Shown: positions 62,943 through 64,000 of the stretch, in pieces
How the letters are laid out: each line of letters opens with the position of its first letter
Position numbering within the stretch: position 1 is the first letter of the stretch
Source: Anaerolineae bacterium
GTDB taxonomy: Bacteria; Chloroflexota; Anaerolineae; Aggregatilineales; JAFGMM01
Assembly: GCA_027494055.1 (NCBI GenBank)
Contig: JAOSJO010000024.1
Coordinates: forward strand, 40,219 to 104,218
Length of the DNA: 64,000 nt
Direction: 5' to 3'
The notes under the pieces: model-generated
Databases searched by the model: none
Told to the model about the DNA's origin: nothing
What the model saw: the letters and a program-made list of their open reading frames with translations, nothing else
Program-made: the position numbers and the translations under genes

Positions 62943-64000
62943 TCAGTAGACACGTTCCTTCGGCTGGTAGTTGGTGATGACCACAGGCCTGAAGTCGATC
63001 TCAAGGCGACCATCGGGCTTGCGGAACACGAGCGTGTGCTTGAGCCAGTTCGCGTCGTCGCGCTTGGGGAAGTCCTCGCGCGAGTGCGCGCCCCGGCTCT
63101 CCTCGCGGCACAGCGCCGAAACCGCCGTCGCCTCGGCGAGATCGAGCATCCTGCCCAGCTCCCATGCATCGAGCAGGTCCTGGTTGAAGACCTTGCCCTG
63201 GTCATCGACGTGCAGGTCGGTATCGTAGATCGCGCGCAGCTCGCGCACCTTCTCAATCGCCGAGTCGATGCACGCCGCGTCGCGGAAGACGCCGACGCAC
63301 GTCATCATCATATCCTGCATCGCCTCGCGAAGCTCGGCAACGCGCGTGCCACCGTCCGCGTTGCGCAGCTGCTCCAGCTCTGCGAGGGCCTCGGCGGCGG
63401 GGTTCTCCGGCAGCGGCGGGAATTCTGCGTTCCGGGCGTACTCCGCCATCGCGCGCCCGCCCCGCCGCCCGAAGACGACCAGGTCCACCAGCGAGTTCGT
63501 ACCGAGCCGGTTCGCGCCGTGCACCGAGACGCACGCGCACTCGCCGGCGGCGTACAGGCCGGGGAGCGGCGTCTTCTGCGCGTCGATGACGACCTCGGCG
63601 TCCACGTTGGTGGGGATGCCGCCCATGGCGTAATGCGCCGTCGGCTGGATGGGCATCGGTTCCTCAACCGGGTCGATGCCGAGGTAGGTGCGGCAGAAGT
63701 CGAGGATGTCGGGCAGCTTGCTTTCGATGTATGCGCGGTCGATGCGGCGCGTCTCGCCCGCTTCGGCCAGGTGCTTGTTCACCGTCTCCGGGCGCACGTC
63801 CAGGTAGACGTAGTTCTTGCCGTCGATGCCCCTGCCATCCCTGATCTCAAGGTAGATCGCGCGCGAGATGACGTCGCGGCTGGCGAGGTCCTTGATCGTG
63901 GGCGCATAGCGCTCCATGAAGCGCTCGCCCTCGTTGTTGATGAGCACGCCGCCCTCGCCGCGCACGCCCTCGGTGATGAGGATGCCCATGCCCCTGATGC
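62943..64000 (-). CDS. sdhA: Succinate dehydrogenase flavoprotein subunit (5' part outside the window)
   Basis: ITEGVRGEGG, DLASRD, HYAMGGIP, SVHGANRLGTNSL, ESRGAH. Confidence 0.96.
   Translation of the reverse strand, partial: IRGMGILITEGVRGEGGVLINNEGERFMERYAPTIKDLASRDVISRAIYLEIRDGRGIDGKNYVYLDVRPETVNKHLAEAGETRRIDRAYIESKLPDILDFCRTYLGIDPVEEPMPIQPTAHYAMGGIPTNVDAEVVIDAQKTPLPGLYAAGECACVSVHGANRLGTNSLVDLVVFGRRGGRAMAEYARNAEFPPLPENPAAEALAELEQLRNADGGTRVAELREAMQDMMMTCVGVFRDAACIDSAIEKVRELRAIYDTDLHVDDQGKVFNQDLLDAWELGRMLDLAEATAVSALCREESRGAHSREDFPKRDDANWLKHTLVFRKPDGRLEIDFRPVVITNYQPKERVY

Overview
GC-rich (~70% by eye) bacterial chromosomal window. The gene content and protein styles point to Chloroflexota/Anaerolineae (inference). 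Many genes are split by single-base indels, mostly in homopolymers, which looks like long-read assembly error rather than pseudogenisation. Housekeeping loci: TetR-regulated ABC exporter with two membrane-fusion proteins, alr, a cobalamin-riboswitch-controlled BtuFCD-like importer, recO-cdd-CNNM, tRNA-Gln, tRNA-Arg, rpsF-ssb-rpsR with its S6:S18 leader, argCBDJ, a two-domain aldehyde dehydrogenase and sdhAB. Accessory elements: an ISKra4/ISLre2-type IS, several REP-like palindromes and two low-GC inserts. Top candidate novelty: a 33-codon leader ORF with an RRxxRR cluster, an antiterminator and an intrinsic terminator upstream of argC, i.e. classical ribosome-mediated attenuation geometry on an arginine operon. 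Other leads: a 58-bp gene-end duplication bracketing a lactonase-like cargo gene next to a pentapeptide-repeat/PD-(D/E)xK nuclease fusion; an unassigned multi-stem leader upstream of a CNNM/CorC gene; a 6S-like RNA candidate.
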